Source: Candidatus Microgenomates bacterium | GTDB lineage: Bacteria > Patescibacteriota > Microgenomatia > Levybacterales > UBA12049 | NCBI GenBank assembly: GCA_025451195.1 | Contig: JANWKV010000006.1 | Coordinates: 1 to 62,918, forward strand | Length of the DNA stretch: 62,918 bases | Direction of reading: 5' to 3' | Position numbers and translations under genes: made by a program | In this document: positions 29,936-38,965 of the stretch, one piece after another | Position numbering within the stretch: the stretch's first letter is position 1 | Layout of the letters: every line of letters starts with the position of its first letter | The notes under the pieces: model-generated | Told to the model about the DNA's origin: nothing | Databases searched by the model: none | What the model saw: only the letters and a program-made list of their open reading frames with translations

Positions 29936-31081
29936 CTAGTCCGATTTCGTCGGAAGAGGGGCAATAATCGGCATAGGAGAAATCCCCGGGGTTGGAGCTA
30001 TATTACATGCTCCGTATTTAAGTTCACAGGATATAAATGCCTGGATTTCCGAAAAATTTTGGTCGCCAACTCTTGGGAGCAAAACAAAAAGGTTTCCATA
30101 TGAAGTTTGTTCCGTGCTGTCTATTAAAAGTCCGGGTAAGCCCGGAGTTGAATTTCCATCGTCAATAACCGCTGTTTGTATCTTTGCCCCTTTGATTTTT
30201 TGGAAAAGATTAATAAAGGGTAAAAAATCTTCCTGTGGGATATCGGTATCAACACTGTCTTTAATAATATTATAAAGTCCGATAAGTTTTGGCGGGTTCA
30301 AAAGAATGCCAAGAGACAATACTTTTGTCCTGAATGCCTCAATCACTTCCTGTTGCCTACGAGACCTTGCAAAGTCCGAACCTTCCGACCCCACACCATG
30401 TCTAGACCTCACAAACTCAAGTGCTGTTATGCCGTCCATATGTTGTAACCCTGCATCCACGTGTAAGTGTTTATACCTGCACGGGAAAAAATCCCAAAAA
30501 AGTTGATCTGCAGATGCAGTTGCCGTAAAAGCTTGAATTTCTTCAGGACTGTGATCACAAGTTGCCTCCTCTTGTCCGTCTATCGGATAGTGATAATCGT
30601 CAAGGGTATTTTTAACATTCACATCAATTCCTCCAATTAAATCGACAGCTTTAACAAATCCTCCAAAATCTATGCGGAATCCATAGTGAATAGGTTGGGA
30701 AGTAATGCTACTTACAACAGCTTTTGCCAAAACCAATCCTTTATTATTTTTATCCTGCCCGTCCGCATAAGCCTGGTTAATTTTTTCTCCGCTGTCTCCC
30801 AAACTTGCAATCCACAAATCTCTGGGAAGAGAAATAAGATTAATTGTATTCTTCTTTGCATTAATGCTGGCCAATATAATTGTATCCGTTAAATTTGGCC
30901 CGTCATGGGTCCCTCCTCCTGTCCCCAAAAGAAGAATATTTGTTCTACCGTCTGTCTCTTGTAAGTCAGAATTTCTATGCAAAATAATGTTTGTTGCGGC
31001 AGGAAAAATATTCTTTGGAAAAAAAACAAAGATAACAAGAGCAACAAAAAGAATAAAAACAATGATTAATTTCTTAGACAT
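29936..31081 (-). CDS. LCP (LytR-CpsA-Psr) family phosphotransferase
   Basis: NILLLG, TDTI, SLPRDL, KIN.AY and RSRH...SDFARSRRQQ. Confidence 0.95.
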   Translation of the reverse strand: MSKKLIIVFILFVALVIFVFFPKNIFPAATNIILHRNSDLQETDGRTNILLLGTGGGTHDGPNLTDTIILASINAKKNTINLISLPRDLWIASLGDSGEKINQAYADGQDKNNKGLVLAKAVVSSITSQPIHYGFRIDFGGFVKAVDLIGGIDVNVKNTLDDYHYPIDGQEEATCDHSPEEIQAFTATASADQLFWDFFPCRYKHLHVDAGLQHMDGITALEFVRSRHGVGSEGSDFARSRRQQEVIEAFRTKVLSLGILLNPPKLIGLYNIIKDSVDTDIPQEDFLPFINLFQKIKGAKIQTAVIDDGNSTPGLPGLLIDSTEQTSYGNLFVLLPRVGDQNFSEIQAFISCELKYGACNIAPTPGISPMPIIAPLPTKSD

Positions 31082-31802
31082 TTATAGCAATTTGGAAAAA
31101 TTCGGGGGTTATGGATTTTGCGCCAACTAATACTCCATCAAAATTAGTTTGCAATTGATTGTTTCTGGTAAATTCCCAAACATTTTCCGCGTTTACACTT
31201 CCCCCGTATAAAAGAGATATTTTTTGCCCCCGGGCTTCCAATCTCTTCCTAATTTCCCTCCCAATAAATTCCACATCTATTGGATTTGCCGGAACTCCTC
31301 CGCTAACCGCGCTGATGGCGCTTGGAGGCTCATATGCAACAATTTCGACTCCTTCCGGGACTTCTTCATAGACTGTTTGTACACAAAATATTGGTGTTAT
31401 GCCATTCTGCAAAGAAATTTTAACTTTCTCATTTAGAAATTGATAAGTTTCTCCATGCTCGCGTCTTCTTTCGGAATGTCCAATGATCGCAAAAGAAACC
31501 CCATATGAATTTTTTAATGTTTCTGCTGCTTCGTCTCCGGTATGCGCACCCGGCGGAAATGCGGAAACATCCTGGACTCCAAGATGAATAAAATCTTTTG
31601 CGCTCTCCGTACTGTCAACCGCCTGCTTTGTCTCCAAAAGCATACTGTAAGATGGGCAAACAATAAGTACTGTCTCTCTAACTTTCTCGCTATCAGCTTT
31701 TAATATTGCTGTTTTTTGCACACCCACTTCTTTTACCCATTCTCGTGGCGGTTGTTTTAAAAGATAGGTTTTCCAATTGGCTACAACAAATATTTTCTTC
31801 AT
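31074..31802 (-). CDS. tpiA: triosephosphate isomerase (divergent)
   Basis: ANWK, GAHTG, IIGHSERR, AYEP and YGGSV. Confidence 0.9.
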   Translation of the reverse strand: MKKIFVVANWKTYLLKQPPREWVKEVGVQKTAILKADSEKVRETVLIVCPSYSMLLETKQAVDSTESAKDFIHLGVQDVSAFPPGAHTGDEAAETLKNSYGVSFAIIGHSERRREHGETYQFLNEKVKISLQNGITPIFCVQTVYEEVPEGVEIVAYEPPSAISAVSGGVPANPIDVEFIGREIRKRLEARGQKISLLYGGSVNAENVWEFTRNNQLQTNFDGVLVGAKSITPEFFQIAINV

Positions 31803-31822
31803 GTGTATGCTAAAATAGTTTC

Positions 31823-31926
31823 ATTGTCATCTCGAGTTTGCTAAACCGATTTGGTGCAAGCTGGAATCAAAATTTTCCCTTACTTCCATTATTGTAAAGG
31901 TTTTGACCCAAGTCCGGAATGGCAAT
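31823..31926. repeat. degenerate GTCAT...ATGAC-type palindromic element
   Basis: ends attgtcat and ccggaatggcaat form an imperfect inverted repeat in the tpiA/helicase divergent gap. Confidence 0.4.
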
Positions 31927-31941
31927 AACTAATTATATCCT

Positions 31942-33774
31942 ATGCAACAATTTCTTCTCAAGGACTTAAACGATAAACAGCTTGAAGCTGTTAATAATAC
32001 AGACGGGCCAATGATTATTCTGGCAGGTGCGGGCAGTGGTAAAACGCGGGTACTTACGTATAAAGTCATGTTTCTATTGGAAAGCATGCATGTTTTTTCT
32101 GAAAATATCCTGATGGTTACTTTTACCAACAAGGCGGCAAACGAAATGAAAGAAAGAATTAATAAGTTCTTACCGACAACAAATAAACCTCTTATAACAA
32201 CATTTCACGCGCTTTGTGCGAAAATCCTTAGAATTGATGGTAAATATATCGGTTTGTCGCCAAAATTTATAATTTATGACAGTCAGGACCAAATTGACGC
32301 AATAAAACAGGCTATGGAAAAATTGGGAATTTCCCAAAAAGAATACAAGCCAGGAGCAATACTTGGGACAATTTCTTCTGCAAAAAACGAATTGATTACA
32401 TACAGTGAATTTGAAGGCTTGGCAAGAGGACATTTTCAGGAAATTGCATCTGCTGTTTACAACACTTACCAGAATATTTTAAAAGAAAATCAGGCTTTGG
32501 ATTTTGACGATTTAATAATGGACGTAGTTACTCTTTTTAATAAAAATCCAGAAATACTTTTTAAATATCAGGATAAGTTCCATTATATTCTTGTTGATGA
32601 ATATCAGGATACAAATAAAGCGCAATATGTTCTAACAAAACTCTTAGCAGATAAATGGCAAAACATATGTGTTGTAGGTGATTTTTCCCAAAGTATTTAC
32701 TCATGGCGGGGTGCGGATTTCAGAAATTTGTCAAAGTTTAAAGAGGATTTTAAAAACACAAAAACATTTGAACTTTCTCAGAATTACCGTTCAACTCAAA
32801 AAATTTTAGACGGCGCATCTTCTGTTATAAAACGAAATACCACCCATCCGGTTTTATCGCTCTGGACGGAAAACCCAAACGGCGAAGACATAACAATTTA
32901 TGAAGCAGGAAACGAACAGGAGGAAGCAATTTTTATTGTAAATTTTATTAAACAACACGGGGAAAACAATCTGGCGGATATTGCAATACTGTACAGAACA
33001 AATGCTCAATCCAGAGTTTTGGAAGAAGTGTTTTTGCATTATGGTATACCTTATATTTTAGTTGGAGGAACAAGATTCTACGAAAGAAAAGAAGTAAAAG
33101 ACGTACTCTCTTATCTTAGGCTAATTGCCAATCCAACGGATTCTGTTTCCCTAAAAAGAGTTGAAAAACTTGGAAAAGGAAGGTTTAAGAAGTTTTTGGA
33201 GTTTCAGGAAAGTATTGCCAAATCAGATAATTTAACTACTTTAGAACTTTTAGACAACACTTTGCAAGAAACAGGTTATCTTGAACTTTATGACGAGCAT
33301 GATGAAGACGACCGCGACAGACTTGAAAACATAAAAGAACTCCGCTCGGTTGCAACAACATTTTCGGATTTAACGCAGTTCTTGGAAAACGTTGCCTTGG
33401 TCGAACAGGAATATATGCCCGATAAAAAATTAAATGAAGATGATAGAAATGCTGTTACTCTAATGACACTTCACGGTGCAAAAGGTTTGGAGTTTCCGAT
33501 TGTATTTATGATTGGCATGGAAGAAGGACTTTTCCCCCACAGCAGGTCTTTGATGGATAGGAATGAACTTGAAGAAGAAAGAAGACTTGCATATGTTGGA
33601 ATGACGCGGGCAATGCAAAAATTATTTTTGTCGTATGCCAGAAAAAGGCTTTTTTTTGGCAACCGAACAACCGGTATTATTTCCCGCTTTATAATGGAAC
33701 TGCCCGAAGAAGTTTTGCAGAATAACTTAAGCCAACAAAGCGAACCTGAAGATCAGGGACCTGATTATTTATAA
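31942..33774 (+). CDS. pcrA: UvrD/PcrA family DNA helicase
   Basis: AGAGSGKT, TFTNKAA, VDEYQDTN, QNYRS, TLHGAKGLEF and EEERRLAYVGMTRA. Confidence 0.96.
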   Translation: MQQFLLKDLNDKQLEAVNNTDGPMIILAGAGSGKTRVLTYKVMFLLESMHVFSENILMVTFTNKAANEMKERINKFLPTTNKPLITTFHALCAKILRIDGKYIGLSPKFIIYDSQDQIDAIKQAMEKLGISQKEYKPGAILGTISSAKNELITYSEFEGLARGHFQEIASAVYNTYQNILKENQALDFDDLIMDVVTLFNKNPEILFKYQDKFHYILVDEYQDTNKAQYVLTKLLADKWQNICVVGDFSQSIYSWRGADFRNLSKFKEDFKNTKTFELSQNYRSTQKILDGASSVIKRNTTHPVLSLWTENPNGEDITIYEAGNEQEEAIFIVNFIKQHGENNLADIAILYRTNAQSRVLEEVFLHYGIPYILVGGTRFYERKEVKDVLSYLRLIANPTDSVSLKRVEKLGKGRFKKFLEFQESIAKSDNLTTLELLDNTLQETGYLELYDEHDEDDRDRLENIKELRSVATTFSDLTQFLENVALVEQEYMPDKKLNEDDRNAVTLMTLHGAKGLEFPIVFMIGMEEGLFPHSRSLMDRNELEEERRLAYVGMTRAMQKLFLSYARKRLFFGNRTTGIISRFIMELPEEVLQNNLSQQSEPEDQGPDYL

Positions 33775-33777
33775 CTT

Positions 33778-34875
33778 ATGTGGCAAGATATTACTGAAAA
33801 AGAAAAAAATGAATTTAACGATATAGCAATTCATCCATTGCAATCTTACGAATGGGGAGAGTTTAGAAAAAAAACAGGAATAAAAGTAGTAAGAAGAGGT
33901 TTTTATGATGGGAAAAGGTTAAAAGAAATTTTCCAACTAACAATTCATAAAATTCCCTATACGAAATTTGCCATTGGCTATTTGCCAAAAGGGACAACGC
34001 CTTCAAAAGAATTAATTCTGGAACTCAAAAAAATCGGCAAAGAGAATAATTGTATTTTTATTCAGCTGGAACCAAACATTGTAAATGATAAAGGATTAAG
34101 GATAGGCGATAAACAAGAAAAAAATTTATCTTTAATCATTAATCATTTATCATTAATCCCATCTGCTCATCCTCTTTTTACAAAATATACATTCCAACTT
34201 GATTTAATAAGAAGTGAAGAAGAATTATTAAAACAAATGAGTCAGAAAACCCGTTATAACATTAAAGTTGCGCAAAAACATAACGTAATGATTAAAGAAG
34301 AAAATTCGGAAAAAGCTTTTAAAGAATACCTTAAATTAACTAAAGAAACTACAAACCGCCAGGGATTTTTTGCGCATACCCCTGCATATCATAGAAAAAT
34401 GTGGGAAACCCTAAAGATTAATGATAAAAGATTAAGGATAAAGGATAAACAAATTAATCATTCATCATTAATCATTAATCCTTTTAATTCTCTTTCCGCC
34501 CATCTTTTTGTTGCATATTACAAAAATATTGCATTAACAACGTGGATTTTATTTATTTTTAAAGACACTCTTTATTATCCATACGGTGCATCATCAAGTG
34601 AGCATCGTGAAACAATGGCTAGTAACCTTATGATGTGGGAAACAATTAAATATGGGAAAAAATTAGGGCTTAAAACTTTTGACATGTGGGGAAGTTTGGG
34701 TGAAAACCCAAATCCCAAAGACCCGTGGTTTGGATTCCATAGGTTTAAACAGGGTTATGGCCCGAAGCTTGTTGAATTTGTAGGAAGCTATGATTTAATT
34801 ATTAATCCACTTCTCTACCAAGGATATAAAATTGCCGATAAACTCAGAGGAATATTTCTTTCTCTAAAAAGATAA
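33778..34875 (+). CDS. FemAB/FemX family peptidoglycan bridge aminoacyltransferase with two in-frame insertions
   Basis: HPLQSYEWGEFR, KTRYNI, YYPYGASS, FDMWG and GFHRFKQGYG. Confidence 0.92.
   Translation: MWQDITEKEKNEFNDIAIHPLQSYEWGEFRKKTGIKVVRRGFYDGKRLKEIFQLTIHKIPYTKFAIGYLPKGTTPSKELILELKKIGKENNCIFIQLEPNIVNDKGLRIGDKQEKNLSLIINHLSLIPSAHPLFTKYTFQLDLIRSEEELLKQMSQKTRYNIKVAQKHNVMIKEENSEKAFKEYLKLTKETTNRQGFFAHTPAYHRKMWETLKINDKRLRIKDKQINHSSLIINPFNSLSAHLFVAYYKNIALTTWILFIFKDTLYYPYGASSSEHRETMASNLMMWETIKYGKKLGLKTFDMWGSLGENPNPKDPWFGFHRFKQGYGPKLVEFVGSYDLIINPLLYQGYKIADKLRGIFLSLKR
34084..34161. repeat. in-frame 7-nt-periodic inverted repeat 1 inside the femAB-like gene
   Basis: aatgata/aaggatt/aaggata/ggcgata ... 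tatcttt/aatcatt/aatcatt/tatcatt. Confidence 0.85.
34413..34483. repeat. in-frame 7-nt-periodic inverted repeat 2 inside the femAB-like gene
   Basis: aaagatt/aatgata/aaagatt/aaggata/aaggata ... aatcatt/catcatt/aatcatt/aatcctt. Confidence 0.85.
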
Positions 34876-34878
34876 AAT

Positions 34879-35445
34879 TTACCCTAATCGTGCTCTTGCA
34901 CCAGCTCTCATTAACCTAGCTTGCCTAACTTGACTGAAAGTATTTTGTACCTTTCTCGCAAAGACTTCATCTGACATACCTTCAGGCACATATCCAGGGT
35001 GCATAAATGGTATCACTCCCCAATTTGCTTGCCTGGGAACATTATCGCTACTCCGCTTTGCCATCAGGCCAATAAATGGTTCTAAACCATTACTTTTTGC
35101 TGTTATAAAAAGTTCTCTCGCTTCTTCTGACAAATTGTTCGCTAATAGATTATCCCCTAGAGTTGTGGGAAGCCCAGTTTGAATAAGAAGGTCAAAAGAT
35201 TCTAAATCTGTAGTTACCAAATATCTATCTAATCTTAAAAGATGTTCATTTCTTTCGTAATCATACTCTTGCCTGTTAAATGGACTTCCTCCTTCAACAA
35301 ACCCAGCTACATATTCCGTTGTAGACAATTCGCCCTCTGAAAGAACGCCTATCGTTGTATCACTTGCTTTTTGAGCAGCAGATACCATTTCTGCGACGCT
35401 TAATTCTCTTGCATGAGGCGGTCTATGACCCTCGTTTATCCACAT
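34879..35445 (-). CDS. hypothetical protein
   Basis: 188-aa ORF with TATAAT upstream; no recognised motif. Confidence 0.65.
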   Translation of the reverse strand: MWINEGHRPPHARELSVAEMVSAAQKASDTTIGVLSEGELSTTEYVAGFVEGGSPFNRQEYDYERNEHLLRLDRYLVTTDLESFDLLIQTGLPTTLGDNLLANNLSEEARELFITAKSNGLEPFIGLMAKRSSDNVPRQANWGVIPFMHPGYVPEGMSDEVFARKVQNTFSQVRQARLMRAGARARLG

Positions 35446-35580
35446 TATCCTATATTATACTCTGTGCTTAAACAATTTTCAAATTGTCTTCAGTGAGGAC
35501 TTTCGCGAAATTTGTTCTCTTCTGGCATCAGAAATTCTAGATTCTCTTTAAATAAGTACCTGCCAGAATTCACCATTTTT

Positions 35581-36135
35581 TTATCTAATCATTTTATACA
35601 CAAAAATCTTATTTTTACTGTCGTGTTTAGTAAGTTTAAGTTTTCCGTTAAACATTTCAACTGGCATTGGGTAAATATAGCTTACAAATAAGGCTCCTTT
35701 TTTTACTTCTTTTAAGAATTTTGGAGTTAAGCGCTTTAATGCATTAGGAATTAGATAAATAAAAAATACGTCTGCTTTGCTTAAATCTATATTAAAAAAA
35801 TTGTCCCTCACCAGTGTTACTTGGTCACTTAATTTCCATCGCCAGTTAATATTTATCCAGGCATTTACAAAGCGGAGGGGATCAATTTCTATTCCGGCGC
35901 AAGGCGCGCCAAATTCTTTTGCGGCAATTCCAATTGCCGTCCCTGTGCCGCACCCTAAGTCATAAACAATTGTTTTTTTACTAACTTTTCCTACCTCACA
36001 CATTCGCCTTGCAATATTTGGCTTGGTTGTCCAAAAAGGCGCCCAAGGACTGTCAGGCGGCCAAACCATGGACAAAACTAAAAGAAGAAGAATTATTACA
36101 GTAAGAATAATTGCGTTAATAAGTATAAATTCCAT
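35581..36135 (-). CDS. class I SAM-dependent methyltransferase with N-terminal TM
   Basis: APF..T, YDLGCGTG, GIEIDP and VFFIYL. Confidence 0.88.
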   Translation of the reverse strand: MEFILINAIILTVIILLLLVLSMVWPPDSPWAPFWTTKPNIARRMCEVGKVSKKTIVYDLGCGTGTAIGIAAKEFGAPCAGIEIDPLRFVNAWININWRWKLSDQVTLVRDNFFNIDLSKADVFFIYLIPNALKRLTPKFLKEVKKGALFVSYIYPMPVEMFNGKLKLTKHDSKNKIFVYKMIR

Positions 36136-36165
36136 ACCTGATAGCCTAACATATTGGAAAATTTT

Positions 36166-36471
36166 TTAATAGACAACTTTACCGATTATTTGACTTTTTT
36201 TTATCCACCCAAATATTCTGCTGTCTGTACTTTCTTTATTATTATCACCAAGAACGTAGAGTAAATCCTTTTTTATTTTATTGATTCTTTTGATTATTAA
36301 ATTTCCGTTTCTCGGATCTTTTAGAACAATAACATCTTGAACATTTAGAGAACATAAGAACCATTTCTTTTGCACTAAAACTTTTCCTTTATTTTTATAT
36401 TTAGGATTCATACTGTTCCCGAAAATTTTAAACACCACAATCGGTGAAATACAAAATAAAAAATCAAACAT
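36166..36471 (-). CDS. sodX: S26-family peptidase, NiSOD maturation protease
   Basis: GNSMNP, IIKRI and GDN...STDSR.FG; immediately downstream of sodN. Confidence 0.85.
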   Translation of the reverse strand: MFDFLFCISPIVVFKIFGNSMNPKYKNKGKVLVQKKWFLCSLNVQDVIVLKDPRNGNLIIKRINKIKKDLLYVLGDNNKESTDSRIFGWIKKSQIIGKVVY

Positions 36472-36536
36472 AGTTTTTTTATTTTAACAAAACTAACAAA
36501 ACATTTGATTATTTGTTTATTGAATTAATGGATTAT

Positions 36537-37007
36537 TTACGGGGTATAAGTAACAATCTCACCTTTTGTAGGGTATAAAGATGGAACTCTTTTTGGTGTA
36601 ACATTTTTTGTTTTATAAAAAATTTCTGAAATTTGTAAAACTTTATCAACCAAATCCTGGGCTTTTTGTATGTCTACGGCTTGACGGGTTGCAATTGAAA
36701 GCTTTACTGCATCAGCCAAAAGACCTTTAAGATTGGGAAATTTATCAAAATGTTCGGGCTTAAAATAATCATTTTCCAAAGTGCCTAACTCTTCTTCCAC
36801 TTTTCCACCATGCTCTTCTTTAACATGGACAACTCTTGCAATATCGTGCATAGAGTCTTTTTCGCCTAAAAGTTGAGTCATTCTAAGTACAGTATGTGCG
36901 GCAATTTGTGCAGGCGTAGGATCATAAATTCCACACGGAATATCACAATGAGCATAAACTGCTTTGAATGGAAGGTTATTAACTAGAAACTGAATTACTC
37001 TTTTCAT
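36537..37007 (-). CDS. sodN: nickel superoxide dismutase precursor
   Basis: leader followed by the Ni-hook HCDIPCGIYDP; VKEEH and DYFKPEH. Confidence 0.92.
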   Translation of the reverse strand: MKRVIQFLVNNLPFKAVYAHCDIPCGIYDPTPAQIAAHTVLRMTQLLGEKDSMHDIARVVHVKEEHGGKVEEELGTLENDYFKPEHFDKFPNLKGLLADAVKLSIATRQAVDIQKAQDLVDKVLQISEIFYKTKNVTPKRVPSLYPTKGEIVTYTP

Positions 37008-37013
37008 AAAATT

Positions 37014-37042
37014 AGATTAGTTTTTTTTCTAATAAATGTCAA
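37014..37042 (-). promoter_or_regulatory. sodN promoter (leaderless architecture)
   Basis: TTGACA-17 nt-TAATCT-6 nt-ATG. Confidence 0.7.
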
Positions 37043-37119
37043 GCCTTTCTCAGTTCTTGATTCAAAAAAAATTTGCTGTATAATATCCAATGCCCAAACA
37101 ATTTTGCCTTGGGCTTACT

Positions 37120-38622
37120 ATGAGAAAAATTCCGGCAACAATGGCAACGCAACACCCCGACCATGCAAGTATTCCTTACTGGCATGATAAAGCACTTATT
37201 AAAACTCAGGACGAGGCAGAAGAAGCGTATCTTTCTTTTTCAGAGTTAAATATTCCGGAATACAAATGGGACTGGGAAGGAAAACTTGTTGATGAGGCGG
37301 TTTTGGAAAGGCTTTTTGGAAAATATTTCTCTTTTTTTAAAACTAAACCTCTGGGAGTTGAAACGTTTTTAACTTTCAGATTGCCTAATCCAAAAGTAGA
37401 AACCGAATTCAGAATGGGTCGCGCATTTATGAATCTTGCAAGCGCTGCAAGCATTGCAAAACATTTTAATCTGCCTACTCCTCCACTTTTTGAAGTTATT
37501 TTACCAATGACGGAAACTCCTGAAGAAATTTTGGCAATTCAGGTTGCATTTCAGGAAATGCACAACTTAAAACATCCTATGTATAGGCTGGAACATATTT
37601 TAACCAATCTCCGCATTATTCCACTTTTTGAGCAAGTTTCAACAATAATGAGAGCAGATGCAATCCTTAAAAAATATCTGGAAATGTATAAAAAGGAATT
37701 TAAAAAACTCCCTCCTTATATGCGCCCGTATGTTGCCAGAAGCGACCCTGCCTTAAACTCTGGAATGGTTGCAACAGTACTGGCCATTAAAATTGCCCTT
37801 TCCCGTTTTAGAAAACTGGAGGAAAAATTAAAAATTCCACTTTTCCCGATTATTGGTGCCGCGGCACTTCCTTTTAGAGGCGGAATAACACCAGATAATG
37901 TTGAGGATTTTGCCAACGAATATAAAGGAATCCGCACAACAACAATCCAGAGCGCGTTCCGTTACGATTACAAAAAAACACAAGTCAAAAAAGCAGTAGA
38001 AAAACTGGAAGAACTTTTCCCAAAACAAAAGGCATTAATTATTTCAAGCGCCGAAAAAAGAAAACTGCAAAAAATCATTCATGTGTTTGAAAATTGTTAC
38101 CAACAAACAATCGAAAAATTTGCACCCCTTATAAATAAAATTGCGCTGGATCTTCCAAAAAGGCGTGAACGCGTCCAACACATTGGCCTTTTTGGATATT
38201 CAAGGGGAGTTGGGAAAATAAGACTTCCAAGAGCAATCTCATTTACCGCCGCATTATATTCAATTGGTATTCCACCCGAACTTATAGGAACAGGCAGGGG
38301 AATTGCATATGTTAGAAAAAATCAATTTTTGCCGCTTTTAGAAAAATACTATGTAAATTTAAGATCTGATCATAAACGAGCAGGAGGATTTTTAAATAAA
38401 GAAAATCTTATGGATTTATCTAAAACAATTCCTGAGGCAAAAAATATTTTGCAAGACGTAAAAGAAATAGAAAATTATCTTGGGATTGAATTCAAACCGA
38501 CTACAAAAGAACAAAAAAAACATTTAATTTTATCAACAAAAATTTATAAAAAATTCAAAAAAAATGATTCAATTGAAAAATTAATTGAACAAGCTGCAAT
38601 TCTTAGAAAAAGTCTTGGATAA
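37120..38622 (+). CDS. ppcA: archaeal-type phosphoenolpyruvate carboxylase
   Basis: IPATMATQHPD, WDWEGK, ARSDPALN, TIQSAFRYD, GLFGYSR, LPRAI and LRKSLG; alternative start 37090. Confidence 0.95.
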   Translation: MRKIPATMATQHPDHASIPYWHDKALIKTQDEAEEAYLSFSELNIPEYKWDWEGKLVDEAVLERLFGKYFSFFKTKPLGVETFLTFRLPNPKVETEFRMGRAFMNLASAASIAKHFNLPTPPLFEVILPMTETPEEILAIQVAFQEMHNLKHPMYRLEHILTNLRIIPLFEQVSTIMRADAILKKYLEMYKKEFKKLPPYMRPYVARSDPALNSGMVATVLAIKIALSRFRKLEEKLKIPLFPIIGAAALPFRGGITPDNVEDFANEYKGIRTTTIQSAFRYDYKKTQVKKAVEKLEELFPKQKALIISSAEKRKLQKIIHVFENCYQQTIEKFAPLINKIALDLPKRRERVQHIGLFGYSRGVGKIRLPRAISFTAALYSIGIPPELIGTGRGIAYVRKNQFLPLLEKYYVNLRSDHKRAGGFLNKENLMDLSKTIPEAKNILQDVKEIENYLGIEFKPTTKEQKKHLILSTKIYKKFKKNDSIEKLIEQAAILRKSLG

Positions 38623-38670
38623 TTTCTCTTGACAATATTATTAAACAGTGCTACAAAAGTAGATACAAGT

Positions 38671-38964
38671 ATGTCCTCCAAGTCTGTTCCTCTAATAATC
38701 TTTATTATTGTAATGGTTGCCCTTATTGCAGGGCTTCTTTTGTATAAAAAACAATCTCCAACAATGCAAACGCCCCAGGTTGCGCAAAATCAGGAGCCAA
38801 CTGCGGTACCAACAGTTAGTAATCCAAATGCTCTTCCAACAGGTACAAGCGACGCGCAACTTGACCAGGATACCCAAACAATTGACCAAAGCATGACATC
38901 CTTGGACAGCGATCTAAACAGCGTAGACCAGGGATTAAGTGATAAGGAAACAAATTTACAATAA
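38671..38964 (+). CDS. small TM-anchored protein with an acidic helical tail
   Basis: TM, P/T linker, DAQLDQD...IDQSM. Confidence 0.7.
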   Translation: MSSKSVPLIIFIIVMVALIAGLLLYKKQSPTMQTPQVAQNQEPTAVPTVSNPNALPTGTSDAQLDQDTQTIDQSMTSLDSDLNSVDQGLSDKETNLQ

Positions 38965-38965
38965 C

